From contig JPGV01000003.1 in assembly GCA_000724175.1 (NCBI GenBank), positions 4,205 to 68,204 on the forward strand: DNA of 64,000 nucleotides. Direction: 5' to 3'. This stretch comes from [Candidatus Thermochlorobacteriaceae] bacterium GBChlB. Lineage in GTDB: Bacteria; Bacteroidota; Chlorobiia; Chlorobiales; Thermochlorobacteraceae. The translations under genes and the position numbers were made by a program. This document shows, piece by piece, positions 9,078 through 17,485 of the stretch. Under the pieces are notes generated by a model. It was not told the DNA's origin and searched no databases. It saw nothing but the letters and a program-made list of their open reading frames with translations. Each line of letters begins with the position of its first letter. The first letter of the stretch is position 1.

Positions 9078-10829
9078 TTAATCTAACGCGGAAATTTCTT
9101 CTTCCAAAAGTTGCTTGCGGTAGAGGTCAGCGTAGCGTCCATCTTGCTTGACAAGTTCTTCATGCGAGCCTTGCTCGACAATGCACCCTGCCTCCAAGAC
9201 GATGATTTGGTCACAGTTCTTGACGGTCGAGATGCGATGACTGATTAGAATAACCGTTGTCTCGGCAGGCAGCGCGGCAAGATTTTTTAAAATCATGTCT
9301 TCGGTTTTTGTATCGACTGCCGAGAGCGAATCGTCTAACACCAAAATTTTCGGCTTGCGAATAAGGGCGCGGGCAATCGAGGTGCGTTGTTTTTGTCCGC
9401 CCGACAGCGTGATGCCGCGCTCGCCAATCATTGTCTCGAACTGCTGTGGGAACGACGCAATGTCGTCGTAAATCGCGGCGGCGCGCGCGGCAGCGTCTAT
9501 GTCGTCTTGAACCGCGTTTTTAATTCCAAACGCGATATTTTGCGCTAACGTGTCGGAGAAGAGCAAATACTCCTGCGATACAAAGCCAATGTTCTCGCGC
9601 AAGACCTCGAGCGGAATCGTGCGAATTGGTCGTCCGTCGATGAACATTTCTCCGCTGGTTGCGTCCAGCAGTCGCGGAATCAAATTCACCAAAGTGGATT
9701 TGCCTGACCCTGTTGCGCCCACAACCGCAAAGCGCGTGCCTTTTGGCACGACAAACGACACATTGTTTAAAACCAGCCGCTCTGGTTGCGCGGGATAGGC
9801 GAAAGAGACGTTTCGAAATTCAATCTCGCCCTGAATTTCCTTGATGCGTCGGTCAACATCGGGCGTGTCGGCGATTTCAGGAATGATATTCAAGACGGCA
9901 TCAATTCGCTCTTGTGAGGCGGCGGCACGTTGCACCAAATTCGTTACCCAGCCGATGGCAATCAGCGGCCACGCCAGCGAGACGATGTAGATTAAAAACT
10001 GCGCGATTTGTCCGACGGTAATCTCGCCCGCAATCACCTTCGCGCCGCCTGCCCACACAATTAAGACCACCGAGACGCCGAGCAAGCCAGACATTGATGG
10101 GTAGAACCACGATTGCAGGCGGGCAAGTTTAAGGTTTTGTTCATAATACTCGTTGTTGAGCCTCTCGAATTCCGCAATCTCGCTTTCTTCGCGCGTGTAG
10201 GCTTTGACCACGCGAATGCCCGCCAAATTTTCCTGCACTTTTGTCGTCAGCGCGGCATAGCGTTCCTGCAAGACTTGGCTTTTGTCGTGAATATCTTTGC
10301 CAATGCGATAGACGAGATAGCTCAAGAGCGGTGCAGGCAGAAGGGCAAAGAACGTCAATTCGGCGGAAACGGTAATCATTGCCGAGAGCGCGAAGACAAG
10401 GCGGAACAGCGTGTTGAGCGAATACATAATGCCTGGTCCGAGATAGTTGCGCACCGCGTTGAGGTCGTTGGTTGCCCGAGACATTAAATCGCCCGTGCTG
10501 TTTTGCTTGAAAAACATATACGAGAGCGTTTGGAGGTGCGCGTAAAAATCGTTCTTCAAATCGAACTCAATTTTGCGCGAGACGACGATGATGAACTGGC
10601 GGACTAAAAAAAGAAAGAAGCCCGCAAGCGCCGAGAAGAGCAACCCGAGCAGCACATTTTTCAAAACGCCGTTTGGAACGCTGTCGTCTGTCATGGCGTC
10701 AATGGCTTTCCCGACAAACTGCGGCGCAGTGATGATGCAAAAATTAGACGCTAAAATGCACGCAATTCCGAACGCAAGGTCTCTTTTATACCGCAGCAGG
10801 TATTTATTCAAACTGGCAAGGCTTTTCAT
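9078..10829 (-). CDS. ABC transporter, fused permease/ATPase (MsbA/MdlB-like exporter)
   Basis: 583 aa. Has an N-terminal 6-TM-type domain, Walker A GATGSGKST, signature LSGGQKQR and Walker B ILVLDD. Confidence 0.9.
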   Translation of the reverse strand: MKSLASLNKYLLRYKRDLAFGIACILASNFCIITAPQFVGKAIDAMTDDSVPNGVLKNVLLGLLFSALAGFFLFLVRQFIIVVSRKIEFDLKNDFYAHLQTLSYMFFKQNSTGDLMSRATNDLNAVRNYLGPGIMYSLNTLFRLVFALSAMITVSAELTFFALLPAPLLSYLVYRIGKDIHDKSQVLQERYAALTTKVQENLAGIRVVKAYTREESEIAEFERLNNEYYEQNLKLARLQSWFYPSMSGLLGVSVVLIVWAGGAKVIAGEITVGQIAQFLIYIVSLAWPLIAIGWVTNLVQRAAASQERIDAVLNIIPEIADTPDVDRRIKEIQGEIEFRNVSFAYPAQPERLVLNNVSFVVPKGTRFAVVGATGSGKSTLVNLIPRLLDATSGEMFIDGRPIRTIPLEVLRENIGFVSQEYLLFSDTLAQNIAFGIKNAVQDDIDAAARAAAIYDDIASFPQQFETMIGERGITLSGGQKQRTSIARALIRKPKILVLDDSLSAVDTKTEDMILKNLAALPAETTVILISHRISTVKNCDQIIVLEAGCIVEQGSHEELVKQDGRYADLYRKQLLEEEISALD

Positions 10830-10849
10830 CGAAGGTGCAACGGTTGATA

Positions 10850-12331
10850 TTATGACTCAGACGGCTCGGGCAAATCTTTTTTCGGTGAAAATTTCTTGGA
10901 CTCTTTGACGAACTTCTCGAACTCGTCTTTGCCGACTGCCGCTTCAATTTCGGCAAGGCTTTGCGCGGCAATGTCTTTGTAGGGCAAGTTAAGTTTATCG
11001 AAAATCGAGTATGCCGTGTAGAAATACTTTACGGACTCGCGGTATAAATAACGCTCTTCATAAATGCGTCCCGTGTAGAGCAGCGACATCGCCATGCCGC
11101 GATAGTTTCCTTTGCGTCGATACAGTTCAAAGGCTTCGCGGTATTGCTCGACTGCTTTTGCCTGCAAGCCCGTCTCCTCGTAGAGCGTTCCGAGGTGCAA
11201 CAGCGTGCTTGCAGAGACAGCATCGGAGTTGAGCGTTTTGTTCTGTGCGACGCTGCGCATGTAAAAATCAATCGCCTTATCGAACTCGCCCAAGTCTTGA
11301 TATAACAGTCCTAATTGATGCAGCGTGGCTGCCGCGCCTTCCAAATCGCCTTGCTGCATGCGAATGGCGAGGCTATCGCGGTAATGCTGTGCCGCTTTTT
11401 CGTAGTATCCCCAAATGTGTAAAATTACTCCGACTTGGTATAACACCTTGGCGCGATTGAGCGGGCTGTTTGCGCCGACAAGTTGCAACAGTGCTTCGCC
11501 GTAGACTTCGTAGGACTTTTCGTATTGATGGTCGTCGAAATACGTCTGCGCCAAAATCAACAGCGTCGGAATTTGGTCGCTGGGCGCAGCGTTGAAGCGT
11601 TGTCTAATTTCAGCAAGTTGCGATTCCAATAGCTCGATGCGTTTTTGGCGTACTTCTGTCGTCTCTGGCACGCTTGGCATCACATCGTATTCCAACTCTT
11701 TCGGTATATCAATCCCCGTTTTGAAATCGATAATGTGCGAACTGACCAACCGCCAAAAGTTCGGCGCTTTGCGATACGCCAAGTCTAACAGAAACGTCGG
11801 CAGACAGAACACGACCGAAACAGGCAAGCCCACGCTCGATTTGGCGAAACTCTCCAACATCTGGCATACTTTATCTTCGGTCGGCGCATCTTTGGCAGAT
11901 GTATCAAAGCCATTGACAATGACCGCGTCAATCGCCGTTTTGGACATCTCGCGCTCGAGTTGCTGGACAATCGTCTGGCGCGACGCCAACAAGGCTTCAC
12001 GAACAGTAAGCCCGCTCGCTGCAGAGGTCTGAATCATTTTGCTCATAAAACGGACACGTTGCACAGGCGAATTGAGTTTCACCGCCCATACCTTTGCGCC
12101 CCCCGATTTGACGGCAGCCGTTACATCGACAATGAGTTGGTCGATGGCATCTTTGAAAAAATGTTGAAGCACGCTGAATCGGAAATTGAGCGCCGACTTT
12201 CGCCGGCCACTCCGGTTTCTCGAAAATAAGAGATGCACGCGGGTTGCACGTGCATCTGGAAGATAACGAGATAGGTTAAAATTTTCAGCCGCCGTTTTCA
12301 ATATAATTGACCTTGGCCACCAGCCCGACAA
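10850..12331 (-). CDS. TPR-repeat protein with an uncharacterised N-terminal domain (start uncertain: 12331, GTG 12172 or ATG 12046)
   Basis: The C-terminal ~270 aa are canonical TPR/Sel1-like repeats (YEKSYEVYGEAL, YEKAAQHYRDSL, FDKAIDFYMRSV, ...). The longest ORF overlaps the cytochrome gene by 47 nt. Confidence 0.75.
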   Translation of the reverse strand: MSGWWPRSIILKTAAENFNLSRYLPDARATRVHLLFSRNRSGRRKSALNFRFSVLQHFFKDAIDQLIVDVTAAVKSGGAKVWAVKLNSPVQRVRFMSKMIQTSAASGLTVREALLASRQTIVQQLEREMSKTAIDAVIVNGFDTSAKDAPTEDKVCQMLESFAKSSVGLPVSVVFCLPTFLLDLAYRKAPNFWRLVSSHIIDFKTGIDIPKELEYDVMPSVPETTEVRQKRIELLESQLAEIRQRFNAAPSDQIPTLLILAQTYFDDHQYEKSYEVYGEALLQLVGANSPLNRAKVLYQVGVILHIWGYYEKAAQHYRDSLAIRMQQGDLEGAAATLHQLGLLYQDLGEFDKAIDFYMRSVAQNKTLNSDAVSASTLLHLGTLYEETGLQAKAVEQYREAFELYRRKGNYRGMAMSLLYTGRIYEERYLYRESVKYFYTAYSIFDKLNLPYKDIAAQSLAEIEAAVGKDEFEKFVKESKKFSPKKDLPEPSES

Positions 12332-14102
12332 CCACCAAGCCTGCCAAGACCATCGCCAAAATCACCGTCCACTTGCGCGTCTGCATATCGCTTTCGGTGC
12401 GTTTGACCAGCGCCTGCACGGAATCTTTCACGAGAAATCCTTCTTTCATTTTCTCCTCGAAAATCGCGGAACGCACGACATGGTGGTTGCCGCCAGTTGC
12501 GTCCGCTTGGCGTTTCAATTCCTCGAGATACGCCAGTTCAGGTTGAACCACATAGCCATCCTTTTCGCGCGCCTCGAAAAACTCCTTCGCGTGGTGATGC
12601 GTCTTTTCAAAATCGACCAGATACGCATTGAGTTTCGTGGCGCTGCCCATTGCACGCAGATTGGCGTAGTGTCGTCGCCAGCCGTTGGCATAATCGGTTG
12701 CTTCGGCAATTAGTTGAACCGAATCCGCCATTGTTTGCAGCGATGCAACTTTGGCGCTATCAACGAACTTGAACACTGCTGGCGCCAGCTTCAGCGCTTC
12801 GACTGAATCTGCCGACGATTCCAGTTTCACTGCGAACTGCTGAATCATAAAGAACCGCTCGGTCAGTTTGAGCGAGTCTTCTAAATTCTTGAGCGGCGCA
12901 GCGAGATATTTGATGCTTGTAAAAAATCCTTTTTGAACCGCGTATCGCAGCGAGTCCATTGCCGTTGCCAACTTAAAGCCCGACGCCTCAATGCCGTTGT
13001 AATTTTTCATCATCTCCGCGACGTTGATTTTATACGCGGGCGGTTCGGGCAAATTCGCATTGTGGCAGTTCAAACATTGTGCGCCTTCCTTGACGCCGAC
13101 TTTCTCGTGTCCCCAATTCACGACGCGGTGTCCGTTGGGCGAGCCATGACAACTGATGCAACCGTCGTTGCCGTAAGCGGCGTAAGCGGCGGCGTGCGGA
13201 CCTTCGGCATAGTTCGCTGCAATGGACGCATGGCATGTGTTACAGGCTTGCGTAACATTTGCAACTTCTTCGGGGTGGTCGCCGTGATTGCCATGACAAT
13301 CATTGCAAGTAGCAACGCTCAGGTCGTTCTTAACATACATCGCGTTGGCATGCACGCTCTCCATGTAGGCGGCGGTGTGGTCTTCGTAACTCTTGCCTTT
13401 TTTATCGAGCGAGGCTTTCATGTAGGATTCCTTGGAGTGGCACGAGCCGCACATATTGGCAATGTTCTTCGGATAGGTCAGCGATGTAATCTCGGTCGCT
13501 TTCATCGCGCCGTGCGCCGAGTGGCAGCCGACGCAACTTGCCGACGCGGCATTGCCCTCTTCCAACGCTGCTTTGCCGTGCGCCGACGCTGAATACACCG
13601 CGTTGATGTTCAGCACGAGCTTCTCTTCCGGCTTCGAGAGCGTATAGGTTTTCATTTTGTCTGCGCTCTCGTGGCAAGAGCCGCACCATTGCAACTGACC
13701 TTTGGCATCTGCACGGGCAATAAAGGGCGTGATGACCTTGCCTTTGGCATCTTTGATGTCTTGATGCGCCTCTTTCCAATTCGCCATCGTGATGGAGGCA
13801 TCGGGATTGCCGCCGTGGCAGCCGACGCAACTGACGCCCGCGCCATGGTGCGTGTCGACCGCCCATGTTCCCTCCAAGACTTGCGCTTTGCCTGAAAGTT
13901 GCGAATGGCATTTGAAGCAACCGCTTTCGTCTTTCGGCATTGCGGACGCGGCAGGTTTGGATTCCGTCGCGTTAGAGGCGGCAGGCGCCTTGGGCTCATC
14001 GACAAAAAGTCGGCCGTTAGCATCGGAAAGAAATCCGTAAGAGAGCGCCGCAACAAACAGGAAGGCGGCGACTGAAAGATATTTCGCGTGAAAGGTTTTC
14101 AT
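12285..14102 (-). CDS. Nine-heme c-type cytochrome with a C-terminal membrane anchor
   Basis: 605 aa. Has an N-terminal hydrophobic signal or anchor, nine CxxCH motifs between residues 62 and 347, a heme-free helical region, and a C-terminal TM stretch (WTVILAMVLAGLVVVGLVAKV). Confidence 0.88.
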   Translation of the reverse strand: MKTFHAKYLSVAAFLFVAALSYGFLSDANGRLFVDEPKAPAASNATESKPAASAMPKDESGCFKCHSQLSGKAQVLEGTWAVDTHHGAGVSCVGCHGGNPDASITMANWKEAHQDIKDAKGKVITPFIARADAKGQLQWCGSCHESADKMKTYTLSKPEEKLVLNINAVYSASAHGKAALEEGNAASASCVGCHSAHGAMKATEITSLTYPKNIANMCGSCHSKESYMKASLDKKGKSYEDHTAAYMESVHANAMYVKNDLSVATCNDCHGNHGDHPEEVANVTQACNTCHASIAANYAEGPHAAAYAAYGNDGCISCHGSPNGHRVVNWGHEKVGVKEGAQCLNCHNANLPEPPAYKINVAEMMKNYNGIEASGFKLATAMDSLRYAVQKGFFTSIKYLAAPLKNLEDSLKLTERFFMIQQFAVKLESSADSVEALKLAPAVFKFVDSAKVASLQTMADSVQLIAEATDYANGWRRHYANLRAMGSATKLNAYLVDFEKTHHHAKEFFEAREKDGYVVQPELAYLEELKRQADATGGNHHVVRSAIFEEKMKEGFLVKDSVQALVKRTESDMQTRKWTVILAMVLAGLVVVGLVAKVNYIENGG

Positions 14103-14259
14103 GTTGGAAAACTTGAAAAGTTGGCGCGCTTTGTTGTTTACGGCGGCTTGAAAGTCCGAACCGATAAACGCCTAATACACTCGTTTTCGTTTCAAAATGG
14201 TCGAGAAAAGCATCCTTTATGAAAACCTCGTGAAAAGGGTCGTTGCGCTCGACAGAGGC

Positions 14260-15774
14260 TCAGCTGTCCAACACTGTTTTTTTTGGAGCCAGCCGTTTGG
14301 TTATCGAGCGCACTTCTTTGGCGAAGAGCATCATCAGCACTCCAATGAACAGGACAAGTGCGACGACTTGCGGCCAAACGCCGCCGACGATATTCGTCGA
14401 GAGATGCCATAGCGCGACAGCAAGGCACAGCGTTGACAAAATTTTCGTCCATTCAAACGAATTTGGATAAATGCGCTGTGAAAAGATGTATGTTCCAATC
14501 GTCATTGCTATCGAGCCGCTCACGCCCGCAATCGCCGCGCCGGTCATTGCAAATTTCGGAATCAGCACGACGCACAAGAGAAACGTAACGCCCGCACCGA
14601 CAGCAGTTACAATTGGCAGGACTTCGGTGCGCTTTTCAATCATCAAGCCCGCCGAGAGGTTCGTGTTCATCATCTCGAAGACAGGCGCAAGAAACAGGAT
14701 TGGCACAATCGAGAGTCCCAGCCAAAACGGCGGCGGAAGAATGTAAAATCGATCGAACCAATAGACGCGAATCAGGTGAGGCACGAACATCGACGCAGCA
14801 AAGGCGACCAGAATCATTCCGACCGACGTGAGCGTAAAGACTCGGCTGAACAAGTTCTTCGCGTCTCTGTCGCTGGCGTGTTGCAGAAAAAACGGCTGCC
14901 ATGCGAATCTGAACATCTGTATCACGAGTTGCAAAAGCGTCGCAAATGCATAGACGCGCATGTAGATTCCGACCAACGCTTCGGCGGACAGGTCTCGCTC
15001 GTAGATGCGCGTAATTTCAGGCGTCGAGAGGCGAATCAAGACGTTTCTATCGATAAAGTGAATGAGCGCGGCAGCAAGTCCATTTGGCACGAAGGGCAGT
15101 CCGTAGCGCAAGAGTTCCTTGAACAGCGACGCTGAAAAGTCAAGTCTCGGCAATCGCATCAATGGCAGCACGAGCAAAACAGAAACCAATGAACCAGCGA
15201 TGTTCCCCAGAAACGCGCCAAGCAAGCCCAAGTTGAATGCTGTCAGCAAGAGCAAACTCACTGCGAGCGTAGCGACCACGTTGCTGATTCGAATGAGCGC
15301 GAATCGAGCAGCGTTGCGTTCCTGACGCAGGCGCGTCATCGGAATCGTTACGACGGCATCGAGAAACAAAATCAGCGCGGCGAGCCGAACATAGAGCGCA
15401 GCAGCGCGGGGGATATTCATCGCGTCGCAAAGCGATTCGGCAAAGAGCGCAATCACGCTCGAAAACAGAGTTGAGCTAAACAGAATTGAGAGAAACGGCG
15501 TGGTGAAAATGGCATCGGTCGAGACGGTGGCAGTCGAGTCGTTTTTTTTCTGTGCGTCGGCAGCGAATTTCAAATACGCCTGCTCCATGCCGTAGGTGTA
15601 GAGAATCATGGCGAAGGCGATGTTGGTGTAAATCAATCCCTGAATGCCGTTCTCGTCGGCGGAGAGCAAATTGGCGTAGAACGGCACGAGCAGATAGTTC
15701 AAGCCGCGCGCGAGTATTGTGCTGGCGCCGTAAATCGTGGTATCTTTGAAAAGCGATGCAAGTTTGGAAGCCAT
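14260..15774 (-). CDS. MOP-superfamily oligosaccharide/polysaccharide flippase (Wzx/RfbX-like)
   Basis: 504 aa, hydrophobic throughout (~12-14 predicted TM segments). The N-terminus FKDTTIYGASTILARGLNYLLVPFYANLL is typical of polysaccharide biosynthesis flippases. Confidence 0.78.
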   Translation of the reverse strand: MASKLASLFKDTTIYGASTILARGLNYLLVPFYANLLSADENGIQGLIYTNIAFAMILYTYGMEQAYLKFAADAQKKNDSTATVSTDAIFTTPFLSILFSSTLFSSVIALFAESLCDAMNIPRAAALYVRLAALILFLDAVVTIPMTRLRQERNAARFALIRISNVVATLAVSLLLLTAFNLGLLGAFLGNIAGSLVSVLLVLPLMRLPRLDFSASLFKELLRYGLPFVPNGLAAALIHFIDRNVLIRLSTPEITRIYERDLSAEALVGIYMRVYAFATLLQLVIQMFRFAWQPFFLQHASDRDAKNLFSRVFTLTSVGMILVAFAASMFVPHLIRVYWFDRFYILPPPFWLGLSIVPILFLAPVFEMMNTNLSAGLMIEKRTEVLPIVTAVGAGVTFLLCVVLIPKFAMTGAAIAGVSGSIAMTIGTYIFSQRIYPNSFEWTKILSTLCLAVALWHLSTNIVGGVWPQVVALVLFIGVLMMLFAKEVRSITKRLAPKKTVLDS

Positions 15775-15796
15775 TTAAGCGGTAACACCCATAGTG

Positions 15797-16283
15797 ATGA
15801 AAAAAGTCGCGCACATACTCGCCGAAATGAAATCAATGCGCCTGTTCGACGACTACGCGCTTGGCGGCGCCATGGCGGCAATTTATTACATTGAACCTTC
15901 TCAAACCGAAGTATTAACGTGATATTTTGCCCGATTGAGGCTTCAACAAACTCATTGCTTTCACTATCGGCAATCTATGACTTTCTCGGACGCAAAGGCT
16001 TCGAATTTGAACGCGAGATGATACTCATTCACGGCTATCCTGTCCAATTTATTCCCTTAGAGCGGCGCGGGCTGAGCCAAACATGGAGCGACAATCAATA
16101 CCGATTCAAGTTATGAACGGGAAATCTTATCTCGACCTTCAACCACTCTTGGCGCAAAAAGCCGCGTGGCGCAAAGCGCAAGCGGCGTTGCCTTACGCAG
16201 AAAAAATTAAAATCGTCGCCAAACTTTCGGGTTGGAAAATCGAGGCAGACGACGAGATGCAAGCACCTGACAACAAAAAATAA
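15797..16283 (+). pseudogene. Decayed nucleotidyltransferase-fold-like gene, split over three frames
   Basis: Fragment 1 (15797-15922): MKKVAHILAEMKSMRLFDDYALGGAMAAIYYIEPSQTEVLT*. It continues in another frame (15919-16116): ...IFCPIEAS...FLGRKGFEFEREMILIHGYPVQFIP... A third-frame ORF follows at 16083-16283. The GG-x-A...Y-x-x-P-x-x-T pattern resembles small NTase-fold proteins, but the expected acidic residues are absent. Confidence 0.3.
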
Positions 16284-16290
16284 TCCGCGC

Positions 16291-17475
16291 TCAACTTGCT
16301 TTCGCAAACAGCGTCGGCGCAGCGACAAACTCCGCGAAGGCATCGGGCAGGAGTGTGTTCTCCAAACTGCGCTGCGAAAAGAGATGCCGCCCGTCGCACA
16401 CAAAACCAAGTTCCGCCCAATTTACACCGTTGAGACGTTCGCAGAGCAGACGAAGATTTATCGTTTGGTTTTTTGGAAAGACCGCCAACACCGAGCCGTC
16501 GTAGTCGTTGCACTTATGCAGAAAGAACGGGCGGGTGCGGCGCGTTTTACAATTGACGTAAATGCGTTTCTCGCCGCTTTGGTAGTGCGTGCGTCCCCAT
16601 GTCCACCAATTTGTCTCGTTGAACACCTTGATGCGGCGCGAGAGCAACCGCTCTTTGAACGGCTCGAGATAAGACATCTGTTGGTTGAATATCATTCGCC
16701 GCGTTTTTCCGTCCGTCGCTGTCGAGGAGCACACAAAGTCTTTATTGCCGAAATCCTCGCTTGTAAAAACCGCATCGTCGCCGCTTACTGCACCGACCTT
16801 GACGAAAAAGACGCTGCTGAAGGGAATCACATAGCGTTCATCGGCGAAAATGAGTTGTCCCGACGTGCAAGTAAATTGTTTTGTTAGGCTCTCATTGCGC
16901 TCGTTTGTAAAATTGGTTTGTCGGGAAAAATTGTCCTTCTCGAACCGCCATATCGCGCAGTTGGGCGCGTAGCCGTCGAAGATGCGGCGGTCGCCGAGTT
17001 CAATCCAGTCGGTTATCGTGCCAAGCGTATAGAGCCACTGGTTGAGATGCTTAGCGGCGGTGGCTTTTAGAAAGTCGCGCGGCGTGATGAAAATCAATTC
17101 GCCGTTTTGCGAGAGATGCCGCAGACATTTTTCAATAAAAAACAAATAGAGGTTCGTGCGTTCATCGAAGAGCCGCTTATCAAGCCGCGCTTTGGTTTCG
17201 GGCAAAATATCTTGAAAGCGCACATAGGGCGGATTGCCAATGACCGTCTCGAAGAGATGGTCGGTTGAATAGCCGAAGAAGTCCGTTACGAGTGCGTTTG
17301 CGGGCGCTTTGGTTGCATCGAGTTCAATAGCAACACAGTCTGGCAGGCAGTTTGAAAACGCGCCGTCGCCGCACGAGGGTTCCAGAACGCGCCCGCGATT
17401 TTTGCGGAGCGTGAGCATTTTTTCTACCACCCTTCGCGGCGTAAAAACTTGACCTAAATTTTTTACATCCGCCAT
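16291..17475 (-). CDS. Gamma-class N6-adenine DNA methyltransferase (TaqI/Eco57I-like) with a C-terminal target-recognition domain
   Basis: 394 aa from the ATG at 17475. Contains GQVFTP (motif X), VLEPSCGDGAF (motif I) and IGNPPYV (motif IV). The longer ORF to 17616 would overlap the upstream peptidase gene, so I did not use it. Confidence 0.85.
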   Translation of the reverse strand: MADVKNLGQVFTPRRVVEKMLTLRKNRGRVLEPSCGDGAFSNCLPDCVAIELDATKAPANALVTDFFGYSTDHLFETVIGNPPYVRFQDILPETKARLDKRLFDERTNLYLFFIEKCLRHLSQNGELIFITPRDFLKATAAKHLNQWLYTLGTITDWIELGDRRIFDGYAPNCAIWRFEKDNFSRQTNFTNERNESLTKQFTCTSGQLIFADERYVIPFSSVFFVKVGAVSGDDAVFTSEDFGNKDFVCSSTATDGKTRRMIFNQQMSYLEPFKERLLSRRIKVFNETNWWTWGRTHYQSGEKRIYVNCKTRRTRPFFLHKCNDYDGSVLAVFPKNQTINLRLLCERLNGVNWAELGFVCDGRHLFSQRSLENTLLPDAFAEFVAAPTLFAKAS

Positions 17476-17485
17476 AGTTGCGCGT

